From the NCBI GenBank assembly GCA_002269645.1, contig NIVC01003248.1, forward strand, positions 11,161 to 75,160: DNA of 64,000 nucleotides, read 5' to 3'. Below, one piece after another: positions 10,309 to 23,056 of the stretch. The notes under the pieces are model-generated. The model did no database searches and was not told where the DNA came from. It saw only the letters and a list, made by a program, of their open reading frames with translations. A program made the position numbers and the translations under genes. Each line of letters opens with the position of its first letter. Position 1 is the first letter of the stretch. Source of the stretch: Macrostomum lignano (Eukaryota).

Positions 10309-12868
10309 ATGGCGTCTTGGCAGCAGCAGCAGCAGCAGCAGTCGAAAGCCGAGCTGGGAAAGCTCCGACGCAATGCACTGGTCTCCTTTGCTGAGAACAC
10401 CTCAGCCCACGGAATCATGCACCTGACCCGGGGCTCAGGGGTCAGCCGCTTCATCTGGGTGGTGGTGATCGTGGGCGCCTGCGCCGGCTTTGCTCTGCAC
10501 CTCAATGAGCTGGCCCAGCGGTACCTGAGCTACCCGGTGAGCACTGAGTTCTCCAGCGAGGGCGCCGACTTTCAGTTTCCGACTGTGACCATTTGCCCGA
10601 CCTACTTCATCACTTACAACACACCTGCAATTGAAAGCAATTATTCAGTACCGGGTGGGTGCGATGCCTTGCCAGTGTGAGCAGATGCTTTTGCATATCC
10701 TTACACATTTTAACTGCATGAAATCTCGCTTCTCTATGTAGGTCATTCCAGGAACCTGAACCAGATGATCTTCGACATCGCGCTGCTGTTCTATCAGCTG
10801 AAGCTGGACAACTGGAACGTCTCCATGCCGCCGGAGGACTTTGACTCGTATTATGACGGAAAGCTGGGGCTGCGGTCCCTCGCATATCGAGGAGTTCTGT
10901 TCCAGCTGCCGCATGAGACGGTCATCTACTGCCGGTACAACTCGGAGCCCTGCTCCTATGAGAACTTCACCGTCTACAAGGATGAGGACAGGTGAGACAG
11001 AGTCAAACTTCATGTTAGAGAAATTTTAAAACTCTTCATACGAAAGTTAAATTAAACTTCAGGTTCATGTGCCTGTCCTTTAATCCACTGAACCGGACGA
11101 TCACGCAAGCTGGCGAGGGCAGCGGGCTGTACTTAGTGCTGTACAACTACGGCTTCTCGTTCCTCACCAATGCGGAGCTGGTGGACAATGTCCCCGGCTT
11201 CCGCGTGGCGCTGCACGAAAAAGGTAAGGCACTGTGCGATCCTAGCGTTGAGGGTTAGGGTGGTCGCGAGCTCGGGTGCCTTGGACGTCTGCATTTAATG
11301 ACATTCTCCACTGGCAAATGCGGTCAATACGGTCGTTCTATGCACAAGAGCTGAACTGAACCCGCCAGCCCCCGCACAAAATGCAGGCTTCAAGCCCGAC
11401 ATGGTCTCAAGCTTCAACGCTCTGTTCGGCTACAAGACCTCGGCCCAGGTGACCGTGCAAAGCGAAACGAAGGTCAATCGAGCGGCTGCGGCGTGCACTG
11501 AAGACCTTCCGAACGTCACCTACACGGGGAACTTTTCGATGCCTGGAAACTACGAGAACCAGAGCTTCTATGGAACAACTGAGGACTGCGTCATCAGAAT
11601 CATGCAGGAGGAGTACCGCAACACCTGTAGCTGCTTAGGAACTCACCTGCCGCTGCCTACGGACCTTATGAACGACACTGAAGTGTGTCACATGCTGCCT
11701 GAGGAGGTGGGGCCATTTTACTCTGGTACAAAATAGTTAGCAAAGCAGAAGAAATAAAATAAGCAAGGCAGTCAAGACTAACTTTGTTGCACTTCATTTC
11801 CAATGCAGGTGTTTTTCTTCGACATAAGGCATCGAAAAAACGCTTTAAACATGACGGAGTACATCATCACAAATCGGAGCTGGGTGTACAACACACTGAC
11901 CGAGTACCTGCAGCAGAACTGGGACGTGTACAACCGCACTGCGCAGCGGGTCAAATGCTTCCACCGAGTGCTGCAGCGCCAGAAGACGCATGGCGTGTGG
12001 GCCAAGCAGTGCCCGGTCCGCTGCAGCAACACCCGCTACAGCGTCACCACCGGGGTGTCCACCTGGCCCCGTGACACAACACTGGCGGTGGTCGCCGTGA
12101 GGGACTACGCCGCCGAACTGCTCAAGAAACTCGCTCGCACCAACCTCTCCAGCTCGCGGCCGCAGATTCTGCACGACTACACTTCTTACATGATTGACAA
12201 AAAGTTCATCAGCGTGCTGGATCTGTACCCCAAGACCACCAAGATCAGCGTCTTCACCGAGTCGTTTGGATATCCTCTGAGGAATTTTTTCTCGGACTTA
12301 GGTGGCATTCTCGGTGAGTCCTAGCAGTTACCTAACTGTAATCGCACCAAAACCTTTTTGGCCAGGGAGGTTGACGGCAACAAGTTGACTGCCGACGAAT
12401 TGGGAGCAATAGTGAGGCCTAACGGCGAGCCTACGAGAATAGAGCCAGAGGGAATCTTCTTAGTGTAAAATATTGGCTAGTGACTTTCCGTTAGCAACTG
12501 CTCCAGGAGACTTGTACCCAGTTCTAGGCTGGACATTGACTACGTAGCATGGGGATGTAGAGTCCAAGGTTGAGCAATATGACCGCGCTGTAACTTCAGG
12601 CCTCTGGGTTGGAGTCTCGATCATCACCCTGCTGGAGATGGTGGAGCTTCTTGTCCAAATTCTGGTCCTGTCCGCATCCAAGCTGCAGTCGGGCGGCGGG
12701 CAACAGGTGCAACCACTCCAGGGCTCGCACCTCCAGGACACGGAGTCACGTGACATCTATTCCTCCAAATTGGACTTGGATTGCAAGAAATCAACGGATC
12801 TGGAATCGGTTCGGGCCATGGAACAGCCGCAGTGCATTGAGGCGCTTGGAAATGAGCAGCGAATATGA
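10309..12868 (+). CDS. DEG/ENaC (degenerin / amiloride-sensitive) channel subunit; exons 10309-10654, 10742-10991, 11063-11223, 11387-11706, 11809-12313, 12600-12868 (616 aa)
   Basis: HG motif, TM1, FPxVTIC, CLSFN, GSGLYLVL, GFRVALH, a Cys-rich thumb and TM2 FSDLGGILGLWVGVSIITLLE. All five GT-AG introns are phase-compatible and total 1851 nt. Confidence 0.93.
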
Positions 12869-13982
12869 CTATTGTCCGTTTCGAGAGTTTTGGCCTTTCC
12901 GGCTATGAATGATTCAATTGGAGAAAAACTTTTGGATGGACAATTATTGCCTTGTAACCAGTGGCATCTCACGCATGCTTATTCTGTCCTTCATGTCTAT
13001 TTTCCTATCCAAGATTATTTTCTAGCTAGCGGAGTCGCACGTGAAATTTATATATTTTAACCTTTACTGCTCACACACCCGGTTCAATCAGTGGAGCTTG
13101 TCCAGCAGGACTAAGGGCTGTTTCTTTGGAAATTTTTCAAAGAACCGCAGAAGCGCTTTAGAAGGCAACTTTATTTACTGCTCTAACGCACAGGCACAAA
13201 TTCACTGAGTTATTTAACTATTGCCACACCTGAGCAAATTGCTTATTAAATCTACTCGACATAAAATATAAAAACTTCCCACTCAACCTGAAGTAGCTCG
13301 TAATATTTTTGCACTGTGCGAGCACCCGGCTTTTCCAATGGAGTCACACGAGCGGCTGGTGCAGTTTCAAGTTGCTATTCATTTTGCTGGGACAACGTCA
13401 GCTTCAAGTCAGCTGAGACTGGGGGTGTATGCGATCGGATTCGCACAGCATGGCAACTGCAGCCCACTACCAGTGAGTTGAACGGCACTGAGCGGGGTCA
13501 TTGTTCTAAAACATCGATCACGAATGCGACTAAAATCTGATCGCTCTGATGACTGAGCATCTCATGCCCTGATCTCTTTCAAAAGGCTCTTTGTTTCTTT
13601 GTTTAAATCCATTAATAAAGAACTTTTAAACCAGAGTTTCAGTGGCAACAATGGTCTGGTCTTCGAACAGACGAACTCTGAAAGCAATGGGCAAGATTTT
13701 TGTCATCTGATATCGTTCTACCCTGCTCAAACTTGTTTTAGCATCCCTGCCAAGAAGTGATTCTTTTTGGAACTTTTAGAAATTGATAGCGTAGAGAATT
13801 TGAAAATTTTTTTAAGTCGTTAAGCAGACATGCTTTGTTTCAATGCTCAGCTCAATGGAAGAGTCTGTCGCACTAAGGAGCTGCATGAAATGCATCATAT
13901 GAAATGTGTAATAAACAGCCGGATGGAGCCGTTTATTCATATCATTGATTATTTATCACATCTATATGCTCATCGCTTGTTC

Positions 13983-14469
13983 TGGTGTGGCATGGCATAC
14001 CACTGGTGTGGCATGATATACTACTGGTGTGGCATGATATACTACTGGTGTGGCATGATATACTACTGGTGTGGCATGATATACTACTGGTGTGGCATGA
14101 TATCCTACTGGTGTGGCATGGCATACTACTGGTGTGGCATGATATACTACTGGTGTGGCATGATATACTACTGGTGTGGCATGATATACTACTGGTGTGG
14201 CATGATATACTACTGGTGTGGCATGATATACTACTGGTGTGGCATGATATACTACTGGTGTGGCATGATATACTACTGGTGTGGCATGATATACTACTGG
14301 TGTGGCATGATATACTACTGGTGTGGCATGATATACTACTGGTGTGGCATGACATACTACTGGTGTGGCATGATATACTACTGGTGTGGCATGACATACT
14401 ACTGGTGTGGCATGGCATACTACTGGTGTGGCATGACATACTACTGGTGTGGCATGACATACTACTGGT
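13983..14469. repeat. 21-bp minisatellite (TGGTGTGGCATGATATACTAC), ~23 copies
   Basis: Direct tandem repeat; it produces spurious repeat ORFs on both strands. Confidence 0.97.
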
Positions 14470-15130
14470 AGTGCCAGCATTCTTAATTCATTATCTAGTA
14501 GAGACTGCCCCATCTTTTTTTTGAAACGTTGAATGAACAAAAATAGTTTTCGATGTAAGGATAGCTAACAAACCAGTGACATCGCCCCCCCCCCCAAATG
14601 AACTGTTAAATAAAGAGCCTAAGAAGACGACTTGAATGGTCAAAGCTGTAGATTAAAAACATTCCAAATTTTTTTTTACACCTGAAGCACCCAAAAGCCT
14701 CTTAGCTGCTTCGTTGTGAACTTTGCTCAGCGCAACGAATCTGACCAATTCAAAGTCCACGCAGCCTCGCCGCTGTTTGCCAACAATCCTGGAATTCATT
14801 TCACCTCGCAGCCTGTCGGACTGCTGGGGCTGCCCAGCCGGGCGATCCGCTGCCTCCACCCTCCCGCATTCCTCAGCACCGGCGGGTGTGGCGAGTGGCG
14901 GCCAGATTTGGATTCAGTTTTCAGAGAAAACAACACCCGAGAGCCGGGGGCCGCTCGCTAAAACCAGTCCAAGATGAAGCTTTGCACAGCCCTTGCAGTT
15001 CGGTCCGGGTAACCGGAGTTCGAGTTTGATAAAATTGATTGATATTCGGGTATTTATGGAAAATATTTCATCTTTATTGGTACAGTATAAAATGAACTGC
15101 TGGTCTATTCCATAGACAAATTAAAGGAGT

Positions 15131-15550
15131 GGATTGCTAATCTACCTGGATGCACTGGATAAGGAATGACAAGGATTGCTAATCTATGCACTGGATAAAG
15201 GAATGGCATGGATTGCTAATCTATGCACTGGATAAAGGAATAGCATGGATTGCTAATCTATGCACTGGATAAAGGAATAGCATGGATTGCTAATCTATGC
15301 ACTGGATAAAGGAATAGCATGGATTGCTAATCTATGCACTGGATAAAGGAATAGCATGGATTGCTAATCTATGCACTGGATAAAGGAATAGCATGGATTG
15401 CTAATCTATGCACTGGATAAAGGAATAGCATGGATTGCTAATCTATGCACTGGATAAAGGAATAGCATGGATTGCTAATCTATGCACTGGATAAAGGAAT
15501 AGCATGGATTGCTAATCTATGCACTGGATAAAGGAATAGCATGGATTGCT
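15131..15550. repeat. 37-bp minisatellite (GGATTGCTAATCTATGCACTGGATAAAGGAATAGCAT), ~11 copies
   Basis: 37-bp period (15247, 15284...), degenerate at the left edge. Confidence 0.95.
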
Positions 15551-16012
15551 AGTTCTTACTAGTGCATCTACCGTAAAAATAAAAAATAAATCTGTAATTA
15601 TAACAGATAATTCTTAAATACTTAAGAATACTTAAAATCTTAAATACTCTAAGATTCTCTGCAAGCGGCACCGCAGAAGCGCAGAGCCAATGATGACTTG
15701 CCGCCTCTGGGCAGCCAATGGTTGCCAGGGGATTCAGAGCGAAATTGCTCAGCTGGGTAGCTGAGTGAAAAGCAGCGTTTGCGCTGGAGCAGCCGCAGCC
15801 ATAGCTTGTCTCCGAGGCGGATATCGAACTGCAGTTGTTGAAGGTCATGGTGAGTTTATTTGACCAATTATTGATTCAAACTCTTGGCCTCGTGTCACAC
15901 AGCTGTGAGACCGCGATGGAACAATAGGCAATCTAAATATTATGATTTTTAGTATAGGCTTTCGTGTTAAACGGGCAAGGCACAGGATAGAGAGGGTAGA
16001 GAGGGTAGGGAA

Positions 16013-16512
16013 TACAGAAATAGACAGGGGTAGATGGGATAAACAGGAATAGACAGGGATAGGCAGGGATAGACAGGGATGGACAGGAATAGACAGGGAT
16101 AGACAGTGATTGATAGGGATAGACAGGGATAGACAGGGATAGACAGGGAAAGACAGGGATAGACAGGAATGGACAGGGATAGACAGTGATAGACAGGGAT
16201 AGACAGGGATAGGCAGGGATAGACAGGGATGGACAGGAATAGACAGGGATAGACAGTGATTGATAGGGATAGACAGGGATAGACAGGGATAGACAGGGAA
16301 AGACAGGGAAAGACAGGGGAAGACAGGGAAAGACAGGGATATGCAGGGATAGACAGGGAAAGACAGGGAAAGACAGGGAAAGACAGGGATAGGCAGGGAT
16401 AGACAGGGAAAGACAGGGAAAGACAGGGAAAGACAGGGATAGGCAGGGATAGACAGGGAAAGACAGGGAAAGACAGGGAAAGACAGGGATAGGCAGGGAT
16501 AGACAGGGAAAG
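16013..16512. repeat. 10-bp purine-rich tandem repeat (AGACAGGGAT / AGACAGGGAA)
   Basis: Direct tandem repeat with internal higher-order duplications. Confidence 0.95.
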
Positions 16513-16931
16513 AGAGGCAATGACAGACAAAAAGGCCAAGCAGAGGACAGGCGGTGGCACAAGAGAGGGCAGGAAGGCCTGCCCACCGAGGACCTCGGGC
16601 CAAAGTATGCTCGGCAAAAAAGTTGAGTCCTCGAAGTACCCAGCGCCTAAACCTGGATAGGAAGTGAATCCCCAGACAGCCGTGACTGAAAAGAGGCCGC
16701 AGGCAATGAGGATTCGAGTTCCTCTGCTGCGGTGCATCGCGCAGCTTTGCTCGCGAAGCTGTCTGAGAAGGGCAGGGCGGAAAGTGAATAATTCAGTGCT
16801 TTGCAGCTCTGGAGCTGGAGAACTTTGCCAGGGAGAATGATGAAGCGGGGGAGACTGTGGGGAAGCAGCCGCTCTAGATGCTAAGTAGGTTGAAATCCCA
16901 GATGCATTGGTAAGCCATCTTAATGGAGATG

Positions 16932-17324
<393 letters not shown>

Positions 17325-18049
17325 CACGGTGGATGTGATCAGCGTCATAATAAATGTCCCTCCCAGCCAGTCAGTCCACAGCCCATGACTCACAGTCGCC
17401 ATGTCCATCCCGTCTCTCCTTCGCCCCTGTCTACCATCATCGCTCATAATCCCTTGGGTGCTCATAAACAGGGCGGTAATTGAATTCCGCTCTGACAGCC
17501 GCAGCCCTGCGCCGCGCTCTCAAAGGGATTAACGGAGTCAGGCAAAGCGACTTGCGGCCCACCCGCCTCCCTCAGAGGAGCTGGCCGGGTGACTCAGCCG
17601 CTGCCCCAGCCGGTGCTTGTCGCTGACCTTGCCGAGGTGAGCCGCTGAGTCGGGCCGGCTAAAGTCAGAATTGATTTATGAGTCAGCGCTGCCTCGGCGC
17701 CTCTGGGCTCTCGACTGATCGCGTCTTCTTGCAAATTCTGAGTGTAAGAAGTGAAAGTTAAGGATGAGTCTGCAGTGCGGTATTCCCATTGATGAAGTGG
17801 AGGCAATGCTCGGGAATCGATCGAGTCGCTGACGCGGCGTTGAAGTTCCTTATGTAATGACTGATATTTGGAGTCATTTCAAACGAACGCAGGGTTCAGC
17901 ACTGGCTGAAATTGAGAACTTTCTCTCCGTAGATGTTTCTCACTCTCGTGCAGCCTGTAGTTCAAATTTTGCAGAGTTGCGCACGACCTTGAAAAAATCC
18001 ACCGATAGCGGCGGGATCCATAAAGTTTTCTATAAAACTGTGAAGCTCT

Positions 18050-18308
18050 GTACGCACTTGTTGTCGCGCGATTCGAACCCATGAGGGTACGCACTTGTTG
18101 TCGCGCGATTCGAACCCATGAGGGTACGCACTTGTTGTCGCGCGATTCGAACCCATGAGGGTACGCACTTGTTGTCGCGCGATTCAAACCCATGAGGGTA
18201 CGCACTTGTTGTCGCGCGATTCAAACCCATGAGGGTACGCACTTGTTGTCGCGCGATTCGAGCCCATGAGGGTACGCACTTGTTGTCGCGCGATTCGAGC
18301 CCATGAGG
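18050..18308 (-). repeat. 37-bp tandem repeat containing a Pol III B-box-like GGGTTCGAATC, 7 copies
   Basis: Unit GTACGCACTTGTTGTCGCGCGATTCGAACCCATGAGG; it abuts the dispersed element at 18309-18440. Confidence 0.9.
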
Positions 18309-18440
18309 GCAAACCCGAGCATGCCTGACGATTAGAAAGCCAGGGGCGCTGTACACCCTGTGTGAGCGAGTGCATGAGTTCGTGCCTGCGCACAGCGCTG
18401 GCTGTGGGGTTCACTAATGAGTGCTCGCAAAGATTTGAGT
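18309..18440 (-). mobile_element. Dispersed short element homologous to the CYP-intron element
   Basis: Reverse complement CTGTGCGCAGGCACGAACTCATGCACTCGCTCACACAGGGTGTACAGCGCCCCTGGCTTTCTAATCGTCAGGCATG aligns to 2065-2145. Confidence 0.65.
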
Positions 18441-21400
18441 TACCCTGGGTTTCTCCCGACTTCCCGACCCCAGACTCTGGCCGGGCTTCTTGCCAGCCTC
18501 ATCCTCATCGGCGTCGGCCGGCCCGATGTTTTGGCCGCGGATCCTCGGCCTCGCGCCGCTGTCATCCTGCAGACGCCCGCCGGCTCTGTGGTGGCCGGCA
18601 CCGAGGCCGTCCTGACCTGCCAGCTGGCGCAGACCGTCAGCGGAGCCGCCGACTCGCTGCGCCCTGCCGCCAGGCTGCGGTGGCGCCGAATCGACGGCGT
18701 CAAACTGGGCGCGGCCGGCAGGGTCCGGCAAGTCAACGGGACGCTGCGGATGGCGCCAGTGCTGATGTCGGATGCTGCGGAGTACGAATGCGTGGCCTCT
18801 ACGGAAAGTGAGTGAGCTCATGCGCTTTACTTGCTTGAGCCTTCCTTTGTGCTATTAATGCTGAGAAAACCCGCCCTGCCAACTCAAGCCGGTCAGCTGA
18901 AGTCGCCGCCAGCCCAGCTCACCGTGGTCCCAGCGGAGTCGGCAAAGTCTGCAGCCGGCCGGCCCGTCTTTGAAGTTCAACCGCGCGATCAGACGGTGCT
19001 GACTGGCGAGTCGGCGACCTTCCACTGCTCCGCCACGTTGGCTGCGAGCGGCTCCGGCGTCTGGCAGCGACGACGGCCCGCGCTCAACTGGCGTCGAGAG
19101 TCGCTTGATGGCAAGCCGCGACCGATGCCGCCTCCTGCACGAATTCAGCTGCTGGACAACGGCTCGCTCACCCTGACTGGCGTGCTTGCCGCCGATGCCG
19201 GCAGGTGAGTTGTGGAGCTGCTGACTTTTCCAGAGTTTCTGTGCAGCACCTGACCAATCATGGGTCATGAATCTGTGCCGCACCTGACCAATCATCGGTC
19301 ATGAATCTGTGCCGCACCTGACCAATCATCGGTCATGAATCTGTGCCGCACCTGACCAATCATCGGTCATGAATCTGTGCCGCACCTGACCAATCATCGG
19401 TCATGAATCTGTACCGCTTCAATAGATTACTTCAGTTGATTAACCAATGTCGCGCCGCAGGTACGTATGCGAGGCCGCCAGCGCGGTGGGTCCAGCTGCC
19501 GAGTCGGCGGCTTGCCTGACGGTGCTTCGGCGGCCGACTTTCACGGAAACGCCAGCTGACGTGACCGCGACCGTCGGCGACCGCATCGTGCTCGCTTGCC
19601 GCGCGGTGGGCAACCCACCGCCGACCGTCTACTGGTCCAAGGGCTTTGTCGACAAGCACCCGGACGATGACAGCGACGATGGCCTGCGCGTCGGGCCCGA
19701 TGGTTCGCTGACGATATCGCCAGTGGAGCGCAGCCACGCCGGTCAGTTCCAGTGCCACGCCACCAACGCCGTCGGCTCAGCGCAGGCTGCCGCTCTGCTG
19801 CACGTTGTCGATTCTCCAGCCAGGTCGCCGTCTACTGCCGCCGTTCCGCTGTTCGCCGAGGGACCGCCGGAAGCGGCTTTTGTAGCTGAGGGCTCCCGGC
19901 TCCGGCTGCCCTGCCGTCTGGCCGAGCCTGTTGAAGGCAGCCGCGTCATCTGGCGGCGCGGGCGCTCCAGCAGCGACCAGCGCGAGCAGCTGCGGGCGGA
20001 GACGGATGGCAGCTGGCTGGTCGCCTCGGCTCGGCTTTCGGACTCCGGAAGCTACACCTGCGCGGCAGAAGTTCCCGGCTTCGGTGTCACGGAGTGGCCG
20101 GGCGCTGTCAACGTCACCGTCCTCGGCGGCGCAGCCCGGCTGCCAGCGCCGCCCATCAAGCGGTCGCCCCCAAAAGCGCCGAAATCCGTTGAAGTTTTGG
20201 ACGCTGGGGGCGACTGGGCGCTGCTGCGAGTTGCGGACGCGTGCGGTCGCGTTTATCGGCTCGAGAGGCAGTGCACCGGACATCAGAGCTGGCGCCGGTA
20301 CGCAGGTGAGAACAGGCGATTGCTGCTGCGGACACAGTCCGATGTACGCAAGAAATTTTACACCGAAAAAAAGATTTTCTGTTCTTTTGCTTCAGTCAGT
20401 AATTTAGAGCTTGGGAGAGCGACCCAATGGCGGCTGGGTCACAAAACAGAGTCAAAGGGCGCCGTAGTTAGCAAGCAGGCAGCCGATGATTACGAGTTTG
20501 CACCTGGCACGAGTTTGCACGAGTTTGCTTTGGGTTCACGATATTTGACTGCTCCAGTTAGACTGGCCAGCATTTGACTACCACAAACTGACTGACAACC
20601 GCAACTCTAACCCAACCCTAACCCTAGCCCTAACCCTAACCATATCCCTTACCCTAACCCTAGCCCTAACCAGTGTCTGTATGAGTCTCTTGCTCTCAGT
20701 ATTAAAGTTTATTCGCTCGATCCATTGAAACATTCGTCAGTTTCTGACGCTGAAAATTGAAATTGAGACAAATGTGTTACGAGTTACAATTATCGATCGC
20801 AACTGGAGTACATTACCGTCTCTCGTCGCTCGAACTCCCACCGTCCAGGTCTGTTCGAGTCCCGCCTGCTGAAAGCTGACGGCCTGCCCGCCGAGTCCGA
20901 GTGCCGCTTCGTGGCTCGGGCCGTCACAGACTGCGGCGAAGCCCTCCTAGACTCCGCGGCTCAGCGGCCGCTGTCGGAGCCGTCGGGCGTATCAGCGCCG
21001 GTGCGCACCCCCCGGCTGAAACGGCGCCGGCACTGGCGACGGCTGGAGCTGCGGGCTGGCGAGGGTCCCGGTGTGCCGGTGCGCGTTAGGGACCTGGCCG
21101 TCACGGTTGGTTCAGGGCGCAACCGGGTCGAGGGTTGGGAAATCTCGGGCTGATGGAAATGCAGCAGACGAACCAAAGCTTAGACAACTAAAACCGCCAC
21201 TACTCATAGTATAAAGGTGAAATATATTTAACCTTTTGCCAGCCGCTTGACCGCTCGCTCTCCGTCGCCTCGTGGCGTCTCGAAGGCACCGCAGCGGCCC
21301 GCGCCCAAGTCATTGGATTCCGCGTCACCTACCGCCTGGAGCCGCTCAGCAACTGCTTAGCAACCGCCACCGTTGCTCCCGCTGCTGCTGATGACTCGCT

Positions 21401-22547
21401 GGTCGCTGGAGCCGCGGGATACTGCTCGCTCAAGGCGGGCCCAGCAGCCACAGTGGAGCACCTCCAGGATGCTAAGCTCGCCTTCCAGCATGGCGGGGCT
21501 TCGATGCCCGCCCTGGAGGATGAGACTGTCGACGTAGTGGCTGCAACCGATTACAAGGAGGGCCGCCTGCGGCACCACGCCCTGCTGCAGCGCCCGATGC
21601 TCTCCTTTGCCTGCTACTCGGTGCTGGTCCGGCCGCTGCCACTGGGCGTCCCGGAGCGGCGACTCAGCCTTACGAGGGAGGCCGCACCATCCGCAGCTCC
21701 GACGAGCATCACGGCCGAGTGGCTGCCTGAAGTCGCGGGCAGCCAGCAGCTCCGAGTCGCCTGGATGGCGCCACCATTCAACCAGCGCAATGGCATCCTG
21801 ACGGCAACGCAAATTTACATCTTCGGCCCGAGCGCCGATGGTGAGGGCTGGAAACCGGCAGCCGTGAAGCCGCTCAGCGTCCCGTGGCCGGCTCGGTCGG
21901 TGAACCTGAGCGGCTTGAGCCCCGGGCGCGGCTACAGCCTGATTCTCTCCTCGGCAAACTGCATGGGCGAGGGCGTTCGCTCCGCTCCGCTGCACGTCGG
22001 CCGGGGACTCCTCGGCGATGACGCCTGGTGGCGCGACCGGCGCCGGCTGGCGGCCTCGGCGGCGCGTGGGCCCGGCTTCCTGGCCGCGATGGCCGGCGGC
22101 GCCTGCCTCTGGCTTGGCCTGTGCGCCTTTGTGGCCTACGCCGTGCGGAGGCGCAGCGGCGGCTGGCTGACGCGGAGCTTCGCGCTGCGGGACGCAACGC
22201 CGCTTCCGCGTGGCGAGAAATCGGCAGCGCCGGCGATGACCTCGGCGGACTCCTTCCCGCTGCTGCTGCCGCCGCTGCTGCAGCCCGCGTGGCGTCACCA
22301 GGAGCGCCAGCAGCAGCCATCGCTGGCCGGCCCGCAACAGCCGCCAGTGCGCGCCGCATCGCCCTACGCCAGCGCCAGCGTCGTGCGGCGAGTCGCCGGC
22401 CTCAGCGATGAATACAGTCTGGGTGGCGGTGGCAGTGCGGAGGCAGCTTCTGACAGGTCACGACTCATGACTATGCGTACAGGGCGCTTTAGCCAAGAAC
22501 ACTTGGATAATCTAACATTCTTCAGTATGCTCAAAATCTCAAAGTAA
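18417..22547 (+). CDS. robo: Roundabout-like receptor: 4 Ig, 3 FN3, TM, cytoplasmic tail; exons (18417 or 18474)-18807, 18889-19204, 19461-20305, 20849-21105, 21243-22456 or 22547
   Basis: Four Ig Cys pairs (VLTC/YECV, FHC/YVCE, LAC/FQCH, LPC/YTCA). FN3 motifs LRVAWMAPP-NGIL and LSGLSPGRGY. TM AMAGGACLWLGLCAFVAYAV. SPYASASVV resembles the Robo CC1 PYATT motif. Splice phases are consistent; the first and last exons are uncertain. Confidence 0.8.
19245..19411. repeat. 34-bp intronic minisatellite (GCACCTGACCAATCATCGGTCATGAATCTGTGCC), ~5 copies
   Basis: 34-bp period (19281, 19315...) inside the robo intron. Confidence 0.93.
20605..20671. repeat. Degenerate interstitial telomeric repeat (CCCTAA)n
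   Basis: CTCTAACCCAACCCTAACCCTAGCCCTAACCCTAAC... in the robo intron. Confidence 0.75.
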
Positions 22548-22791
22548 ATCTAAGGCCTATTTGAACTGTGCATTGGGGATCGGCCCTTATAGGCGCTAAT
22601 CAACCATTTTTGTACACCAGCCCTAAACTGCTGGTGACTTTTGCCCCAGAGAGGCAGACAGGCTACCGCCCTGCTGCACAGGCCACCCACCTATTGAACG
22701 CAATCTCTAAGCAGTAAATTTAATCCAAGATCATCGAGATTCTCCTGCAGAAGCTGCCGCTAGCACCGCTGCCCGCCTCTTTTTCCAACAG

Positions 22792-23056
22792 ATTCACCCG
22801 GACGCCCGACGCATTCAACAGTCAGGGGCAGCCTGGCGGCAGCTTCTCGCAGCCTCCCAGTCTGCCGCTTCATCAGCAGAGCCCCGGTTTGGACGGCCAC
22901 CTGAGCCGCAGCAGCCGCTGCCGCCGAATCCGCCGCCGACGCCGCCGCCACCGCCGCCGATTCCGGGAGCTGTCGGTGTCGACTTCGGACAGCGACGAGC
23001 TGCGCGCTGCAGCGGAGGCGGCGGCGACTGCAGCAGGAGTGCCATTCGCCATCTGA
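22792..23056 (+). CDS. Probable terminal exon of the Robo-like gene (reading frame ambiguous)
   Basis: Acceptor TTTTTCCAACAG at 22791. The phase-2 donor at 22457 gives RFTRTP...GVPFAI* (stop 23054-56). The shifted frame encodes LPPNPPPTPPPPPP. Confidence 0.55.

Larger units (their letters stand above)
5978..10795. repeat. Tandem segmental duplication, copy 2
   Basis: Begins TTGCCGAAAGGTCGAAAC at 5978, identical to position 1. Identity ends at ...CTGCTGTTCTATC (4592 / 10795). Confidence 0.97.

Noticed and set aside
13830-14540. WCGMIYY, CHTSSIS and YHATPVV repeat ORFs
   Set aside because: These come from the 21-bp tandem repeat, which is open in several frames; there is no unique coding context.
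14650-16900. GC-rich patches and short ORFs (14716+, 15549-, 15967-) that might be exons
   Set aside because: I could not assemble a phase-consistent gene or recognise a domain; left unannotated.
18050-18308. CRISPR-like 37-bp repeats
   Set aside because: The units are contiguous with no spacers, in a eukaryotic context; no cas genes.
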